Below, in pieces: positions 63,998-64,000 of a stretch of DNA of 64,000 nucleotides. The DNA is taken from positions 487 to 64,486 of the forward strand of contig JAZSCF010000049.1 in NCBI GenBank assembly GCA_045602785.1. The letters are read 5' to 3'. Each line of letters begins with the position of its first letter. Positions within the stretch are counted from its first letter, which is position 1. The translations under genes were made by a program, and so were the position numbers. A model generated the notes under the pieces. That model was not told the origin of the DNA. It made no database searches and saw nothing but the letters and a program-made list of their open reading frames with translations. This DNA is from Acutalibacteraceae bacterium. Lineage in GTDB: Bacteria > Bacillota > Clostridia > Oscillospirales > Acutalibacteraceae.

Positions 63998-64000
63998 GAA

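Noticed and set aside
63832-64000. A T-box leader was looked for upstream of alaS, and L-box or preQ1 riboswitches upstream of lysC/asd and queA/tgt.
   Set aside because: The perfect-consensus alaS promoter leaves only a leader of about 35 nt. The other leaders are 100 nt or shorter, and I could not find the conserved riboswitch cores by eye.

Overview
Low-GC, Clostridia-like chromosomal segment from an anaerobic spore-former (spoIIM, ytvI, [FeFe] hydrogenase). No species call is attempted. About 60 densely packed genes; no rRNA, tRNA, CRISPR, transposase or prophage signal was seen. Core blocks: hom-lysC and asd-dapA-dapB (aspartate family), cdaA-cdaR, recD2-comFC-mreB-like, queA/tgt/yajC, spoIIM-xerD, mscL, alaS. 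There is also a 10-gene electron-bifurcating-type hydrogenase operon (hydC...hydB-hydA) that carries a putative sensory hydrogenase and signalling genes. The most unusual part is an accessory stretch at about 5.0-20.2 kb, made of two adjacent translationally coupled operons, each with its own divergent AraC regulator. Operon 1 has three Gfo/Idh/MocA dehydrogenases, a Hyi/IolI-like TIM-barrel enzyme, a glycyl-radical activase and a short divergent glycyl radical enzyme whose Cys loop lacks the usual GCVE signature. Operon 2 has a U32-like protein, three tandem QueG/reductive-dehalogenase-superfamily Fe-S paralogues, a small cupin and a 569-aa TIM-barrel-like protein. Neither operon encodes a transporter or kinase. 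I cannot map either gene set to a characterised pathway from memory. They are the best candidates for an undescribed anaerobic radical/corrinoid catabolic system. Several structured intergenic elements are also reported: a 47-nt direct repeat flanking yitT, a hairpin array with ATGTAATC/GATTACAT motifs, and a heptad-repeat palindrome after queA. All family calls come from motif recognition by eye, not from searches.
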